The position numbers and the translations under genes are program-made. This document shows positions 9,882-25,233 of a stretch of 64,000 nt of DNA, piece after piece. The notes beneath the pieces are model-generated. The model saw nothing but the letters and a program-made list of their open reading frames with translations, was not told the origin of the DNA and did not search any database. This DNA is from Hyaloraphidium curvatum SAG 235-1. Taxonomy: Eukaryota > Fungi > Monoblepharomycota. The stretch is from the NCBI GenBank assembly GCA_025558095.1, contig JAIVFI010000014.1, positions 372,001-436,000 of the forward strand, written 5' to 3'. Positions within the stretch are counted from its first letter, which is position 1, and the number at the start of each line of letters is the position of its first letter.

Positions 9882-12077
9882 ATGGACGCGTTGCTGGTCT
9901 TTCTGCAGGCGTTCCCGAACCTATCGCGTGTTCCCGGCAAAGCTGGGGACCTGAGCGACGGCCTGGTGTTTGGAGAGGTCCTCAAGGCGATGTGAGAGGG
10001 AGTTACGCCAACGAGCGGAACGGGGACCCCACGGAGCTATCCTTCCAGCGATCCGAGATGGTTCGGAGGCCTGAAGCTCGAGAAGGGCGACAACTGGGTC
10101 ATCAAGTTCAACAACCTGAGTCCGTACCGGCCTGCTCGGTCGTTCAAGCTGCACGCTGAACCCCACGAACCCAGAGAAGCTCTTCAAGCAGTTGACGTCG
10201 TTCTACGAAGAGAGCCTATACCAGAACCCCAACAACCTGGATTCCGTGAACCTCACGGCCATAGCGAAGGAGAACGACGAGGTTGAACTGGCCAAACTCG
10301 GGTTCCTGGTCGTGGCCGCCGCCGTCCAGTGCGAGGGGAACCAGGCGTACATATCCCTCATTCGGTCGCTCGACGAGGCATCGCAGCACGCGATCATGCT
10401 GGCCATCGAGAAGGTGCGCACGTGTGTGCCCTGGGAGCTCGATCGGGAAGCCAAATTTTACGCGAGCAGGTAATGACGAGCCTGGGCGGTGAGGACGCTC
10501 CGAGTGGACAGTCAAGGTTTGGCGCAATCGCGATGCCGCGAGCGTGAGGATCTCTAAGCACGGTCAATGGCTCAGGTTGGATGGTCCCGATCGCGTTTCG
10601 TCGGACCGAGCACGGGGGGAAGGCGGAGAGGACAGCAGGGTGCTGCAAGAGAAGCTCGCTGCCGTGCAAGGCCAATACGTTGGTTAACGCGGACGTCTCC
10701 ACACTGGGCTTGGCGCTGAACAAGTGCTTCAGGAGGACGTCCTCGCCAAAGTCGGGCAACTGCAGCTTGAACTCAAGGAAGCCCAGCAAAAGCTGTCGGC
10801 ACGGACAGATGCGAGCAAATCGGAAGTCGTCTTCCGTGCAGAGATTGATGCCCTGAAGCGCAATCTGTTGGTGCTTCCGCGCAGCTCCGGAGTCGATCCA
10901 TAACTGTCTCCGGCTTTGCAGGGAGATGAACGAGGCGAGGAGGCACGAGGCGGAAGGGTTGCTTGCCGAGGAACAAGAACAGGTGCAGATGCTCAATCGG
11001 AGATTGGAGGAGGCCGCGCGAAAGGCCGTCGAGGCCACGTCCCTTAAGGATCAGGTGGACGAGCTCCGACAGGTTTCCGAGAAGCTCGCGAAGGCGGAAG
11101 CCACGATTGAAAAGTATCGGAAACGCGGGGACGAAACCGTTGAACTGCGCAGGCAAATCAAGGTCATCCCTTGCGCGCAGTGCTGTTCAGCACGACGCTC
11201 ACGTTCCCTCGCTATGGCAGCTCCTGGAGGACGAGAACCGGGCCCTTGTCGAACGCAGCGGGCACGTTGAGGACGAGTATCGCAAGGTTGCGGACAGCAC
11301 TTCGCTGGCGGAAACGGTCCGGGAGGAACTGGGAGCTCTGCAGCAAGCAAAGTCACGCCTCACGGCGGATTTGGACGCCGCCAACGCGAAGCTGCGTGAG
11401 GCCGAGGACCGTGTGCGGAAGCTGGACGACGTGTGCGCCGGCCAATTGGACCAGATCCACAGTCTGGAAGGTCAATTGAGGGAGCTCGAGCTCGGTGGTG
11501 GGTGGCATGGAATGTTCAGCTGATTCTAGTGCTTATGCAACGCGGTCTGCAAGGCGGCATTCCGCTGGATGATGGGATCCGCGAACCAGGGGATCAAATT
11601 CCCGACTCGCAGCTCCGCGGCGCGCTGGAGCGCGATCAGAAGGCGCTCGCGGCGGCGACAGACAAGGTTGCCGACCTCCAGAAGGCGCTAAAGAAGGCCA
11701 AAGAGTTCATCTTGAACCAGGATCGAGAGATCAAGGAGCTCAAGGCCTCCAAATCGGCCGACCAGGCGGGTATCGAAGCACATTCGGCCAGAGTCTGCCA
11801 CTCAACCGGCAAAATCCAGATTGCCGTCAGGCCATCCGAACTCCAGGAGCTCCAAAACCAGGTGGCGTCCAAGCAGGCCGAGATAGACCAAGCGACCGCC
11901 GCCTTGAGAGACATGAGGGCCAGCGCCCGACGCGAACAGAAGCTGCTCCTGACCGCCTTCTACGAGCTGGGACTGCAGCTCCAGAAGCGGAATCTCGCTG
12001 GGCTTGGTGCGGCCGGCTCATCGCCAACATGGCTGAACACGCACAGACAAGCGATCGATGCGCGCTACCGAAAATAG
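9882..12077 (+). CDS. HOOK-family microtubule/dynein adaptor (hook domain + coiled coil)
   Basis: DLSDGLVFGEVLKAIDPRWF...NWVIKFNNLKKL...LVVAAAVQCE; coiled coil; C-terminal REQKLLLTAFYELG...WLNTHRQ. Confidence 0.85.
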
Positions 12078-12100
12078 TCGCTCCGGAGCGCTTTAGAAGC

Positions 12101-13889
12101 CTAGAAGTACTTCTTGAGGACCGGCGTTGCCACCCGCACGAACATGCCCGGCGGCGGGATGGAGCCGTACGCGACTAGCTCTCCGTCGCGGTAGATCGCG
12201 TCCCGCTCCTGCCGGTTTGGTGAGAATAGACCATCTGAAACCGAGCCGCTTGCCCACCTCGCCGACCTTGCTTCGCAGCGCGGGATTCATTGTTGCAATC
12301 AAGACCTCAGACTCGAGGTCCCGTGTCATGGACCGTTCCCCATAGTTTGTGGAACCGATCAGCGTGATGCACGGGTCGGCTTCGTCGGCTCTTTGGGCCC
12401 AGAGCCCTGCATGGCATGAGACGCGAATGGCATTCACCTGCGTGTTGCCACCGCACCTTTGCAATGAAATGTCCACCCTTGCTTGATCCATTCCGACACT
12501 TCGATCCTCCCCTGTATCCCGCGGCCCTCAACCTCTTGCAAAAAGTTGCGCTCCAGCAGGCGATACGCATCGGGAATGAATCGGGAAACACCCTTCGATG
12601 CAAACCAGCCATTAGCCTGTAAGAGATCATTAGCCGCCGAACAAAGGCGCTGCCACGGTGGCTGTACCATTGGAGAAGCAGTCAGCACCGCGTAGCGCGC
12701 GCTTTCTGACGACATGATCAAGTCCACGAAACGGCGCGGAAAGTTGAGGTATCCCGACGTAAAATGGACCATCCAACCGCGTCCCATGCCCTGAGCAAAC
12801 GCAGCCAACAGCGCCTCGATCATTGCTTCGTCATCACGAATGCCAAGCTGCCCTTGCTGAACGTAAGGGACCACCAGAGTATCTCCGGGAGGCGTGTGCT
12901 GCCCTCCTTCCTTCAGGTTTTCCCTCAGCGCCGCCGAAGAATCCATCCACTTGCGCTTCAGGGCATCCAGCTGCCTGGCAGCGTGCGACTTGAATTCGGC
13001 TGGCGATCGAGAAGGATCAGGTCCCTTCGGCTCCAGCTCGGCCACCCCAAGTCCATATGAGAAGGAGGCCACGGTGTGAACGAGGTCGCTATAGAAATCC
13101 GCGAGACCCGCACACCCTTCGAAACGCATGTAGCGATCCTGCCTGTTCTCAAAGTAGTCCGTGTTTAGATTTGCTCTGGACGACGGCCAAGGACGTGTCA
13201 ATACCGCGAAAGCATGCTTACAGACCGAGCATTACCCGCTCAGGATAAGATCGTCGTCGAAGAGGTAGATCTTCATGTGCTGCAGGCCGAATGCTTCGCG
13301 GAACCTGTCCGGCAAAGCGGCCTTCAGCGCCGGGCCCAGAGCCGGCGTGTGGTACAATGCAACAGAAGCGCGACGAGGAAACTCCTTGGCCAGCGGTCGA
13401 AGCAGGGAAACCGAGCTTTCTCCGCCCTTGGCTCGCGTCCCGCGCAGAGCATCGATCAATATCTGCACCTCAAGGGATGGGTTCTCCGCCAGTGAATCCC
13501 GGAGAGTTTGGATCTGTGAATCCGTGCCATGAGCTCGTATTGAGGCAACGACCCAAGACATCGCACAAGCTCATGCTGCTCGCTACCGATGTACAGCGAA
13601 CTCAGGACGACGCGCTTCCGGGCTCCACGAATCCCCGCCTGGCGACAAACGGGTAAGCGTGATGATTTTGAAGCCGCAGGGCAAGACTCGCCTTCAGTGC
13701 AGCACAGAAATCTCTCGGGGTCGCGATGGGGGACACCTTGTCCCCGTCCAGCCCGAAAACGGGGCTCGATGCCCACGTTTCCACAGGAACGAGAGCCGCC
13801 GCTTGCCGGAGTTCATTCCCCGCCACGCGACTCCCGCTTTGGAAGCTACGCCTGCATACCCGCCTGAAGGCGGGAAGCAGCACGCGCAT
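12101..13889 (-). CDS. PGS1: Phosphatidylglycerophosphate synthase (mitochondrial, PLD family)
   Basis: VVLSSLYIG, LIDALRGTR, GLQHMKIYLFDDDLILSGANL..DYFENRQDRY, ANGWFASKG, WTFHCKGLW, IGSTNYGERS..RDLE. Confidence 0.92.
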
Positions 13890-13950
13890 CGGTGGTCTCA
13901 AAAGGGATTCGGGGGGCGTTTGCTTACGGCCTCGAGGCTCTCCGTGTCAC

Positions 13951-15065
13951 TCAAAAGATGGCAACGTTCTTCCATTGAATGCGTCTTTCCAGGTGCAAAT
14001 CCGGGGTCGCAGTAAGCTGAAACGTCCAAGCGACCGACAGATCATTGATCGGACTCACCGCTTGTGATGGTGTAGCCTCGTCAACCACAGCGGGGCGGCA
14101 CCGTGGGCAACTAGCAAGGCAAAACTGAAGGATGCCGCCAGCGCCATGGAGACCGAACCGGCCAGCATGGCCGCCTGTCCCGCGATAGCGAACCATAGAA
14201 GCGATCGCGGCGCAGGCTTCTGATTGACCCAAAGCATCAGTGCCAGCCGCTTTCTGCGAACGTGAAGGCGCAATGAGGCTCACCAAGCTGCGGATAAGCC
14301 TGGGAAACAGCGCGAACCAAGCTATCGCGTTGGCGACCATGAAGAAGACCTCGAGGTTCGTTCTCAGCCGGGACGCCAGCACGACCGAGGCAAAGACGGC
14401 CGCGTTGATGGCCAGAGAATCAGGCAGCCTGCACGACAGTATTAGGCCGGCGAAGCGGGCCAGGTGCCATGAATACCTTGCTGCCCCGGAGATGGCGGTC
14501 CGGTAGTCACGGAAGCACACGCTCACGACAAAGAGTGCCGCAGACAGCGCCCAGATGCTGTCGTCCGTTGTATCCTTTGTCAAGGTCTGCAGAATGGGCG
14601 ACAGACCGAGCAAAGCGGCGGCGGAAAGAACCAAGCTGCGGCCCAGCTGCAGGGCGTCTGGCTCCGCATCAGAGCGCGGAGCAAATAGATTCCAAAGTTT
14701 GCTGACCTCTTCCCGGAAGGCAATGCCGCGGACCGTTGGCGACCGCGTAGACGGCCAGCACAGTTGCAGGAGATCCCGCGAGCGACCACGGCAGCCTGCT
14801 GTGCCTTTGGTGGTACACGTCGAAGAATCCGACGAGGAACACGACGATGCTCGAAAGATGGAACGTGATGGCGTCTCCCTTGAACAGAAGGGAGCCGAGA
14901 GCCGTCGGAGCGGGTGGTCCTGCAAGGACCTGGTTCGCAGGCCTGCGTGCCGCGCCGACACATGTACGCACTACATCGCAAGTCCCGGAGGAACGTCGGG
15001 TCCACATAGCTGTCAGGAAACCCCTGCCGGACGTACAGCTTCTTCTGGAACGCGGGAAGATTCAT
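13951..15065 (-). CDS. GPI2: GPI-GlcNAc transferase subunit PIG-C
   Basis: KKLYVRQGFPDSYVDPTFL; LLGLSPILQTLTKDTTDDSIWALS; AINAAVFASVVLASRL. Confidence 0.9.
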
Positions 15066-15118
15066 GCTTTCAACGTGTTGATCGATGCACCAGCAAACAT
15101 CGCTACCATCAATCTTCC

Positions 15119-16707
15119 CTAGATGAGATCCGCGACTGTAACCAACCTGTCAGACGCTGGCACCCATCCTGCAGGATCGAACTCACCGTTGATTGGCATT
15201 TCGTCAATCTGGGTCGAGTAGTATTGCTCTGCAACGCGGCGATTGTCAGACTCGACTTGTCGCGCCAAAGGGGCAACCCACCGATATCACGTAGGATCTT
15301 CACGTCGTCGCTCTTGACAAAGTTGATCGCCACACCCTTCCTGCCGAACCTGCCGGAACGCCCGATCCGGTGGATGTAGTTCTCACGGTTCGACGGCAGA
15401 TCGTAGTTGATGCTGCGACGAAGTCAGAACCGAAACGCCTCGGCTTCCTGCAAACAGCGCTTACACTAGCGAAACCTGCGCAACATCGATGCCGCGCGCC
15501 CAGACGTCGGTGGTGATCAGTACACGGCTCTTGCCCTGCCGGAACTCCTGCATGATGGCATCCCGTTCCTTCTGGGGCATCTCGCCGTGCATCGATGAAA
15601 CCGTAAAGTTGGCTTCCCTCATCTTTTCCGTCAACCAGTCGACCTGGTGGACCGCCGGTGAGCCAATGGAGGGCGGCCGGCTCGCAGCCTGCGAACCTTT
15701 CTCCGCGTATTGCAGAAGATCACCGCTTGCGTGATCGTCAACGTGTCGTAGAGGTCGCAAAGCGTGTCGAACTTCCACTCCTCCTTTTCGACCGCCACGA
15801 AGAACTGCTTGATGCCCTCGAGCGTCAGCTCATCGCGCTTCACAAGCACCCGGATCGGATCGGTCATGAACTTGGTCGTCATCTCCAGAACATCGTGCGG
15901 AAGGGTGGCGCTGACGAGCACGACCTGCGTGCTCGGCGGCAGGTAGCGGTAGATGTCGTAGATCTGCTCCTTGAATCCCCTCGACAGCATCTCGTCGGCC
16001 TCATCCAGGATCAGCATTTTGATGTGGCGAGTCCGCAAATGCCGCCGCCGGATCATGTCAAACACCCGTCCGGGGGTCCCGGACACCACGTGCTGACCAT
16101 AGTCCAGCTTTTTGATATCCTCCCCGACACTAGTGCCGCCAATGCAGGCGTGGCACTGAACGTTCATATAGTCCCCAAGGGCGAGCACGACGCTCTGAAT
16201 CTGCGTGGCCAGCTCCCGCGTCGGCGAGAGGACGAGAGCCTGGCATTCCCTCGATTGCGTGTCGATGTTTTGGAGGATGGCAATCGAAAAGGTTGCCGTC
16301 TTGCCCGTCCCCGACTGGGCTTGCGCGATGACATCGCGGCCCTTGATCATGGGAATAATGGACCGCTGCTGGATAGCACTGGGCTTCTCGAAGTCTGCAG
16401 TTCCACACCGGTGTCAGCCCGCGCGGGGGAGGGAAAGCAGAAACGGCCACCCACTGTACGCGTAGATGCCGCGCAGCAGATCCTCCTTGAGCCGCATGGC
16501 ATCAAAAGTGGGCACGACCTGCACATTCTCCGAGGTCTCAAATTCCTGGACGTGAGAGCCCGGTGGGAACGGGGGGAAAGGAAACCCGGGACGGCGCGTC
16601 AACCGCGAGCTCCCCAGACCGTCCTGCCACGCGATGCGAACCAGCTTCTCATCTTCCCCGCGGTCGATCTTCCCGCCGCCTTGCCTGGCGGTCCGTCCCT
16701 CGGCCAT
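15119..16707 (-). CDS. FAL1: DEAD-box helicase eIF4AIII (exon junction complex)
   Basis: [62 protein letters not shown] is diagnostic of eIF4AIII. Confidence 0.96.
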
Positions 16708-16777
16708 CTCGCGCAGAGGTAGCGACTTTCAAGTTCGAACGCACAATCCCTCGCAGGTCCGGAGACATAGACCCGTA

Positions 16778-18018
16778 ATGCTCGCGTTGGCAGAGGATCT
16801 TTCGCTTTTAGTTTTTCAAGTGCTCCGCGGCATCGTCGATGCCTCCAATCTTCATCCTGTCGTGGCCGTGCTCGCCCGGTGGGACGCCCTTGCTGAACGG
16901 GTAACACGGGAGGCCAACGCGCCCCGTTCCTTCCGACAAGGTCTCCTGCCATTCGGAACACGGTCTTGCGATGCATCGCTCTGAATGGCTTCATCTTTGT
17001 CGGGAGTCTGCTCGGCTACGAGAGGCTTCTGTTGCCGCTGGTCCGCCGCGTAATCGAGGCAACCGTTCGGACCCCTGGCATCGCAACGCACGCGGCCGTG
17101 ATCGTGGAGCTGACACTTGCCGCCGCTTACCATGTACGGCGCTCGTCGATGAGGATGCTCCGATCGCGGCGATCTCTTGACACGGGCTCCCAGGTCCTTT
17201 GGGTGTTGCCATTCTTCGCCCTGAGCTTCGCTCTGAGCGCAGCGTGGTACCAGGAGTTGGCAAATTCTGCGTACGAGCTGCAAGTTGGACCTCCCCCGAA
17301 GGCCCAACTCAATTACGACAAGTGGGCTGACGAAAGCCCGCCGCACCGGCATCCCTTTCACATGTGGCTGCAGATTGAGGCACCGGATCGCCCTGCTCCT
17401 CTATCGCCAGCTCCTCGTACTCCTCTACTTCCTGTTCAGCATTGCTCTCTACCACATCCCGGTGGTCGGTCGTCCCTTGAGCTTTCTCTACGAGTGTTGG
17501 ATCGCGTCGTTCTATGCCTTTGATTATAAGTGGGGCATCCTGGGGTTGAATCTGCACGATCGCATCCGGATGGTGGAAAGGTGCGGTGACTCGCTACAAA
17601 GTTATCTCGCTCGCACTGAACATCATTGTCAGCCACTGGGGTTACTTCTGCGGGTTCGGTGCGTCTCGTGAGGCGTCGCGGCAGATTCTTGTGCCTGACG
17701 CGCTCCGAAGGCCTCCCCTCTACCATGGCATCGTTCTTTCTACCACAGTTCGTTGGCTACGGCGTGTTCGCTGTGTTGTTTCCCGCGGTAGGTCACCGAT
17801 TGAGGGAGATCTGGGCTGGATTTCAATGCCGCGCCGATCAGTTCATCCTGATGGCAAACGTGGCCGAGCCGGCCCCTGGCAGGAGTCCGAGAAAAGGAAG
17901 CAAGTCCGAGAATGGAACGAACGAGTCGTTTCGGCAGCTGCCAGGTCGTTTGCCGTTCTTCGTGCCTCTCATTTCGATGAGCGACGCCTGTACGGGCTGG
18001 CGCAAACGCGCTGACTGA
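16778..18018 (+). CDS. EI24/etoposide-induced membrane protein family
   Basis: RCIALNG.IF.GS, LWVLPFF.LS..LS..WYQELA..AY, Y.FDYKW, HWGYF.GFG, YGVFAVLFP..ILMA. Confidence 0.82.
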
Positions 18019-18110
18019 ACCGAACTCCTCCACGGCCCCGCGCGACTGTCTTCTCGCCGGTCCATTAATTCCATTCCGCTGGTTGCCGTCGAGTGCGGGA
18101 TAGACGCGAG

Positions 18111-19972
<1,862 letters not shown>

Positions 19973-20025
19973 CGTGCTAGCTCTCTCGCCATGTACAGAT
20001 TTGGTTTAGATACCCCTCATCCGCA

Positions 20026-22195
20026 TCATTGTCCCCTGAAAAAGTCCACTACCTGCTCCGGCGTCATCTGGGTCTTTTCGTTGGTCTTCCGACGAATGAT
20101 GTCCACTTTGCCATTTGCAAGGAAGCCTTGACCGATAACAACAACAAAAGGGTATCCGACGAGGGTTGCTTCCTTGATCCGCTGGCCAAAGCTCATTGTA
20201 TCCCAACGGTCGTCTAGCACGACGTCTCTGGCGATTGTGCCTAGGAAGGCGTCCAGGGAATCGTACAAGGCGCTTGCAGCTGCCAAGACGGGTGGCTCCT
20301 CGGCGGCACGCCGCTTGAGGTTGAAGGTGGGAACGATGCACACCCTGTAGGGTGCTAAGCTCTCGGGCCAGATAATCCCCTCGACGTCGTGGCTGATCTG
20401 CACTACCGCACCGAGCACGCGCGACAATCCGATGCCGAAGCAGCCCATCGCGAACGGTACCATGGCCTGCTGGTTGCCTTCTTGCGCCTTGTACCCCGCA
20501 GACAAGGGCAGAGAGTATCGTTCGCCCAAGTAGAACGTGTGTCCAACCTCGATTGCCTGCACCTTTTGCAGCGACGCCCCTTGAACGCATGCTAGGCACC
20601 CATCGCCTTCCTCGGCGGTCAGAATGTCCTCCACCAATATCTCCAGGCCGCGGCCGGAGGGGAGTCCATTCTCAAGTGCCACATTCAAGGCCGCCTCTCC
20701 TTCGAGATCGGGCAATAGTTCCGAAACCGTGCTGTCCAAAATGAGGGCCGCCTTGCGCCCGTTGACCTTTCTCAGCACTTTCGTAGCCTTCGTCTCGTTC
20801 GCTTTGCGGCCTGCTGCCACCACACAAACAACATGCACGTCGCCATCTTGCAGGACTTCCGCACTCAAGCCGTCGCCTCGATACAGGTTCCGGGGGCCTC
20901 CAGATTCGAGCGACGCGAGGGCGCCCAGTATGTTCTCCAAGTCATTCCTTTCGCTCCCGGTTGGTCGGATGGCGGAGCTTGACCGGGCTCGTTCCTCGTT
21001 GGCTGTATAGCCGCAAGAGGGGCAGCTCAGGAGTTTATCTTCCCCAGCTAGAAGGGGTCAGTTAACGACCTTGGGTGTCCGGCACTACCTTACCGTCCGA
21101 GACGAAATGAAACTCGTGCGACTGTGTGCCCCCGATGTTGCCTGTGTCCGCTTCTGCCTAAGGAAAATGCCGTGGGCAGAGAGTGCAGCCATAAGCTCGA
21201 CAAATAGAGCTTACCACTGCAAACGGAAGTCCAATGCGTGAAAATATCCGTCTGTAAGCTTCCCTGACCACTTCGTAGGTTGCGAGCGCGTCGCTCTCGG
21301 TCGCATCAAAGGTGTACAGGTCTTTCATTACAAACTCCTTGCCACGAAGAAGTCCGGCGCGCGGTCGAGCTTCGTCCCTGAACTTCTTCCCTAGAACGTG
21401 GATCGGTTCAGCAGGCAGCGGCTGTAACCCGGCCGATGGCCCGCACCGATCTGGTACAATCGCACGGGCAGCTGCTTCGTGGAGACGACATCGCTGCCCA
21501 CCACCTGGGTTATCTCCTCCTCGTGCGTCGGTGCGAGAAGGAATGCCGCCCCTTTCCTGTCCTTGAGCCGGTAAAGCTATGGACGGCGATTGTAGGGTGC
21601 GATCCGCAAGCCGTGTCGCAACACACCTCCTGACCCGTTGATTCCCAGCGGCCCGTCTTCTTCCAAGCGTCGCTGGGGAGCACGTTGGGGAGCACCACTT
21701 TGTGGGCGTCTTACCAGACACGATGGTTTGTAGCGGCCGGAAGAAGAGGAACATCGTCACTTACCAATACCGCGCATTTCGTCGTCGATGATTCCTTCCA
21801 GCTTCTGCAGTGCCCGCAATCCGAAAGGGAGGAAGCTGTGAATCCCAGCCGACGACTGCAAGGACCACCGGATGAGCTTCGGACCGCCCGATCGTCCGGC
21901 TGAGGCGCACTTGTCGGATCAAGCCGGCTCGCAGCATGAGCGTGTGACTCTCCGATTCGGCAGCGAACGTCGGAGTGTCTTTCATGGTCGGCAAATACAT
22001 CTGCGATAGCCGCTGACGCCGATCTGGCCGCGAGCTGGTTGCCGACGTCTGGACCGCTGCTGGGGAGCCGCCGCTCGAACTGGCCATCGTGGCATGTCGG
22101 CGTGACGGCAGCCCCCGGAAAGGTTTCTGCTGGTCCAAATCGGCACATCGACGCGTACAGACGCGCCCCAGGCGGCGACAACCGCCGCGGAACAT
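20026..22195 (-). CDS. Mitochondrial (bacterial-type) prolyl-tRNA synthetase
   Basis: Arg-rich presequence [11 protein letters not shown]; [60 protein letters not shown]. Confidence 0.92.
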
Positions 22196-22251
22196 CCTCG
22201 TGAGCACTGGAGCCCAGTGCCCCGAAGTCCCTTGCTCTCTCTTACTGCGCG

Positions 22252-22960
22252 ATGGCCTCCGCCGAAGCAGGGCCGAGCAACGCGCCGGCCGAGGCCGCGG
22301 AAGCTCCTGCGGAGGGCACGGCGGAATCGGGGCCTCCCGCTCCCCAAATGCAGGAGCTCGAAGTGCGTGCCTTGCACGTTCGGTCTGCCGGGGCCTCCCT
22401 TCAACAGTCGAACAGAATGTCACTCTGAAGACCTTGGAAGAGGCGGAGGCACATCTTCAGGACCTCATTAGTCGGAAGAAATATGTGGACAGGCTGCTGG
22501 TGCGCTCGTCGGGCCTTCAATCCCGTCGCCCGGTAACCTGTTCCGCCAAAGGTCAATCTGGAGGGATCGATATACGCGTTTGAGGGCTCTTACTTGGAAG
22601 AGACGGCCGGGACCGGCAACATAATCAAAGGCTTCGACGGGTACCTCACCAACCGCAATGCGCCGGGTGCAGTGCGGCAGAAGGCGAAAGTCAACGAGGC
22701 GGACCGGCTTTTCTCCCAGAGCTCGACGACCTATTTGAAGGCAAGTTCGCTGCAGTACCCGTGTGTTCGTCGCTCTGACAAGTGGCTTCCAGGCACTCGA
22801 GATCAAGGAGAAGGAGCGGCACATCGATCCCATGAGGGATCATGCGAGGCCGCGGCCGATACCGCAGGAAATTCTTCGCCAGGAGCAGCTTGCCGCTTCG
22901 CTGAAGAAGAAGAAGAGGCCAACCGACTTTGGGGCCGATCTGGCGCCCAAGCGCCGGTAA
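22252..22960 (+). CDS. EAF6: NuA4/NuA3 histone acetyltransferase subunit Eaf6
   Basis: [31 protein letters not shown]...[10 protein letters not shown]. Confidence 0.9.
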
Positions 22961-23159
22961 TGAGGCGTTGGCTTTCTCGATGATACCCCTCCATCTGTAC
23001 CTGATTGGACTTGCTGATGATACACCCGGTTGACACTTGCTTTTCACTCTTACCGTCTTCCAAAGCGCTTGGTTGGGAGAAAGTGCTCCTGAGGCCCCTC
23101 TGCGCGAGCAACCCCGGCGGCATTGACTCCAATGATCAATCTCGCCCGCACGGGCTAGG

Positions 23160-25206
23160 ATGGTCGGATATGGGCTCGCCGATGGGGAGACGGATCTTTT
23201 TGTCTCCCCAAGGGCCTCACCCAGTAGCTTGCTGGGAAGGAGGGTGCCCGGCGGGCGGTCTGCCGGGGTCGCAGACGCGTCTTCTCCGCGCACAAGGCAT
23301 TCGCCGGAGTCGGAACCCGTCTCACGCCCGGACGACGACGTTTTGAGAATGGTCAAGCTGGTGGCCCTTGATTCTGCATCCGAGTTCGACGCGAGGAACT
23401 CCCTCCTGGACGCGCGGGTGAGAACGCCGGTGGAGATTGCAGACGCGTTCTGAGCAGTCTGCGCCGTCGGAAGGCTTTCATGAGTCTTAAAGCAAACGAA
23501 CTGGACACGTACAACATGCTGAGTCGTGGGGAACAGCCTCGGCCCGCCGTTCCTGTTGGCGAAACCTCCAGCCCCGGGCAACTCGAGAGGTCTGCCTCAG
23601 CTGTGGCTTGCACTGCAGCGAGACCCACCTGACTCGGGCACGGATTTGCCTTGCCTACATCAGAAATCGGAAGCGGAAAGCTGCGGAATGCCAGCGTCGC
23701 AACCAGGAAATGCTCCACAGCGTCGAATCCGCCATCAACACCACGGCGCTGGCCATCGCCGCGGAGCTCAACCGACAGGCAGCAGAGGCCAGGATGAAAG
23801 CTGCAGCCGCTGAAGCTCAGAGGAAGGCCGAGCTGGACGCCGAAGCGAGCCGGAAAGAGGCCGAGCAGGCGGCAAAAGCCGCAACGGAAGAGGCCGAAAA
23901 AAGGGCCGCGGAAGCAGAAAGAGCAGCCGCGGAAGAGCTTCGGAAGGCTGCCGAAGCGGAAGCGAAGCGCAAAGAAGCGGAAGAGGCATTGGTCAAGGCC
24001 GAGGCCGACAATCAGCGCAAACGGGAGGAGGCCTTGCGGTCACAAGCCGCGGCCGAGAAAGCCTCTGCAGTCGCACCGGTAGCGCCTGGTGTGGATCCAA
24101 ACGCATCCCAGAAGAAGGGAGGCTCTGGGGAGGCTCAGGCAGCCGTTCAGAGCATCCCTGGGAATCGAACTACCCCCGCTGCACTGGAGCAAGCTGGGCG
24201 GTACATGCAACTTCTCAAGGTGCGCGCCTTCCGGCACTTTTGCTTTCGGGTGCCGACCTCCCCTGTGCAGGACATCAAAGCAAACGTTAGGCCGGCCGTC
24301 AAGGCCGACCGCCAGCTTAATCAATTCTGCTTCAAATCCCGGATGACCGTCACGCTCAGGATCGGGCAGATCACAAACAGCCGGACCCAGGTCAGGCGGA
24401 TCTCGAATGACCTCATCACGTTACTGGCGGACGCCGGTCGCGTCTCTCCGCTGGCGCGCCAGTGGGTCATGGATTTCCTTGCCAAGCAAATGGCGAACCA
24501 GGCCGAGAAGGAAGTAGCGGTCTTCAAGCCGCTGGCCTTCCCCATGGCGCGAGTCGCGCAGAACGTGGTCGCCAAAAGCCCGGAGTTTTGCGAGATCCTC
24601 CTCGGCCGCCTCATGAAGCGAAACCCGTACCTAATTCCCAACTACCCGATTCGGCTCAAGGTGCTTCGCATGGACCTGGCCGGCGGCAATGGCTTACACG
24701 CCTCCTCCAGAGCGAGTCGTTGGACGAGTACTGTAAGCGGCTGGCCATGAAGAAGCGGGACGATGAGTGGGAGAAGGAGGCGCACTACGAGGAAAGGCTC
24801 GGCGGAACCGCCGCTCTTTTCGCAGGTCAGTACCACAACGTCGGTCGCTGTTCTGCCCTTGACAGATCATGCTCCAGCCTTCATGCAAACACTGCCGGAA
24901 GGAGCACCAGGAGGGTGCCTGACAATGGCGGACGCTTGGACGTGGCTGGCGCGGCTGCTCAATCTTCCGCCGCGAAAAATCACTCCGCAGCTGATCCTCA
25001 CATTCCTCGAGGTCGCGGGCCCGGAGCTTCTCCGAACGTATCGCAAGCAGGCCACGAAGCTGCTTCGGTTCATAGCCGAGAAGTGCCTGCCGCAGATGCC
25101 GAAGGAATCGGTGGCCGCCACGACCCGCCTCCGTCTGCATCTGGAGGGGACGCGGAACAAGGTCCATCTGCCCGAGCCCGACGGATTCCGATTTTCCGAA
25201 CCGTAG
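23160..25206 (+). CDS. GLE1: mRNA export factor Gle1
   Basis: Coiled-coil N-terminus; RIGQITNS, LAKQMANQAEKEV, Y.ERL.G..ALFA, AWTWLARLLN, FLEVAG...YRKQATKLL. The start codon is uncertain. Confidence 0.85.
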
Positions 25207-25233
25207 AGGCGCTTCACCGTAGAGGCGCTCCGC

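Noticed and set aside
22975-23025. SECIS-like ATGA...TGA pairing after EAF6 (some early-diverging fungi use selenocysteine)
   Set aside because: Helix II does not pair, there is no apical AA, and EAF6 has no in-frame TGA.
25201-25229. 13-bp direct repeat CCGTAGAGGCGCT x2 at the GLE1 stop
   Set aside because: Only two units of a local micro-duplication; not an array, and no inserted element lies between them.
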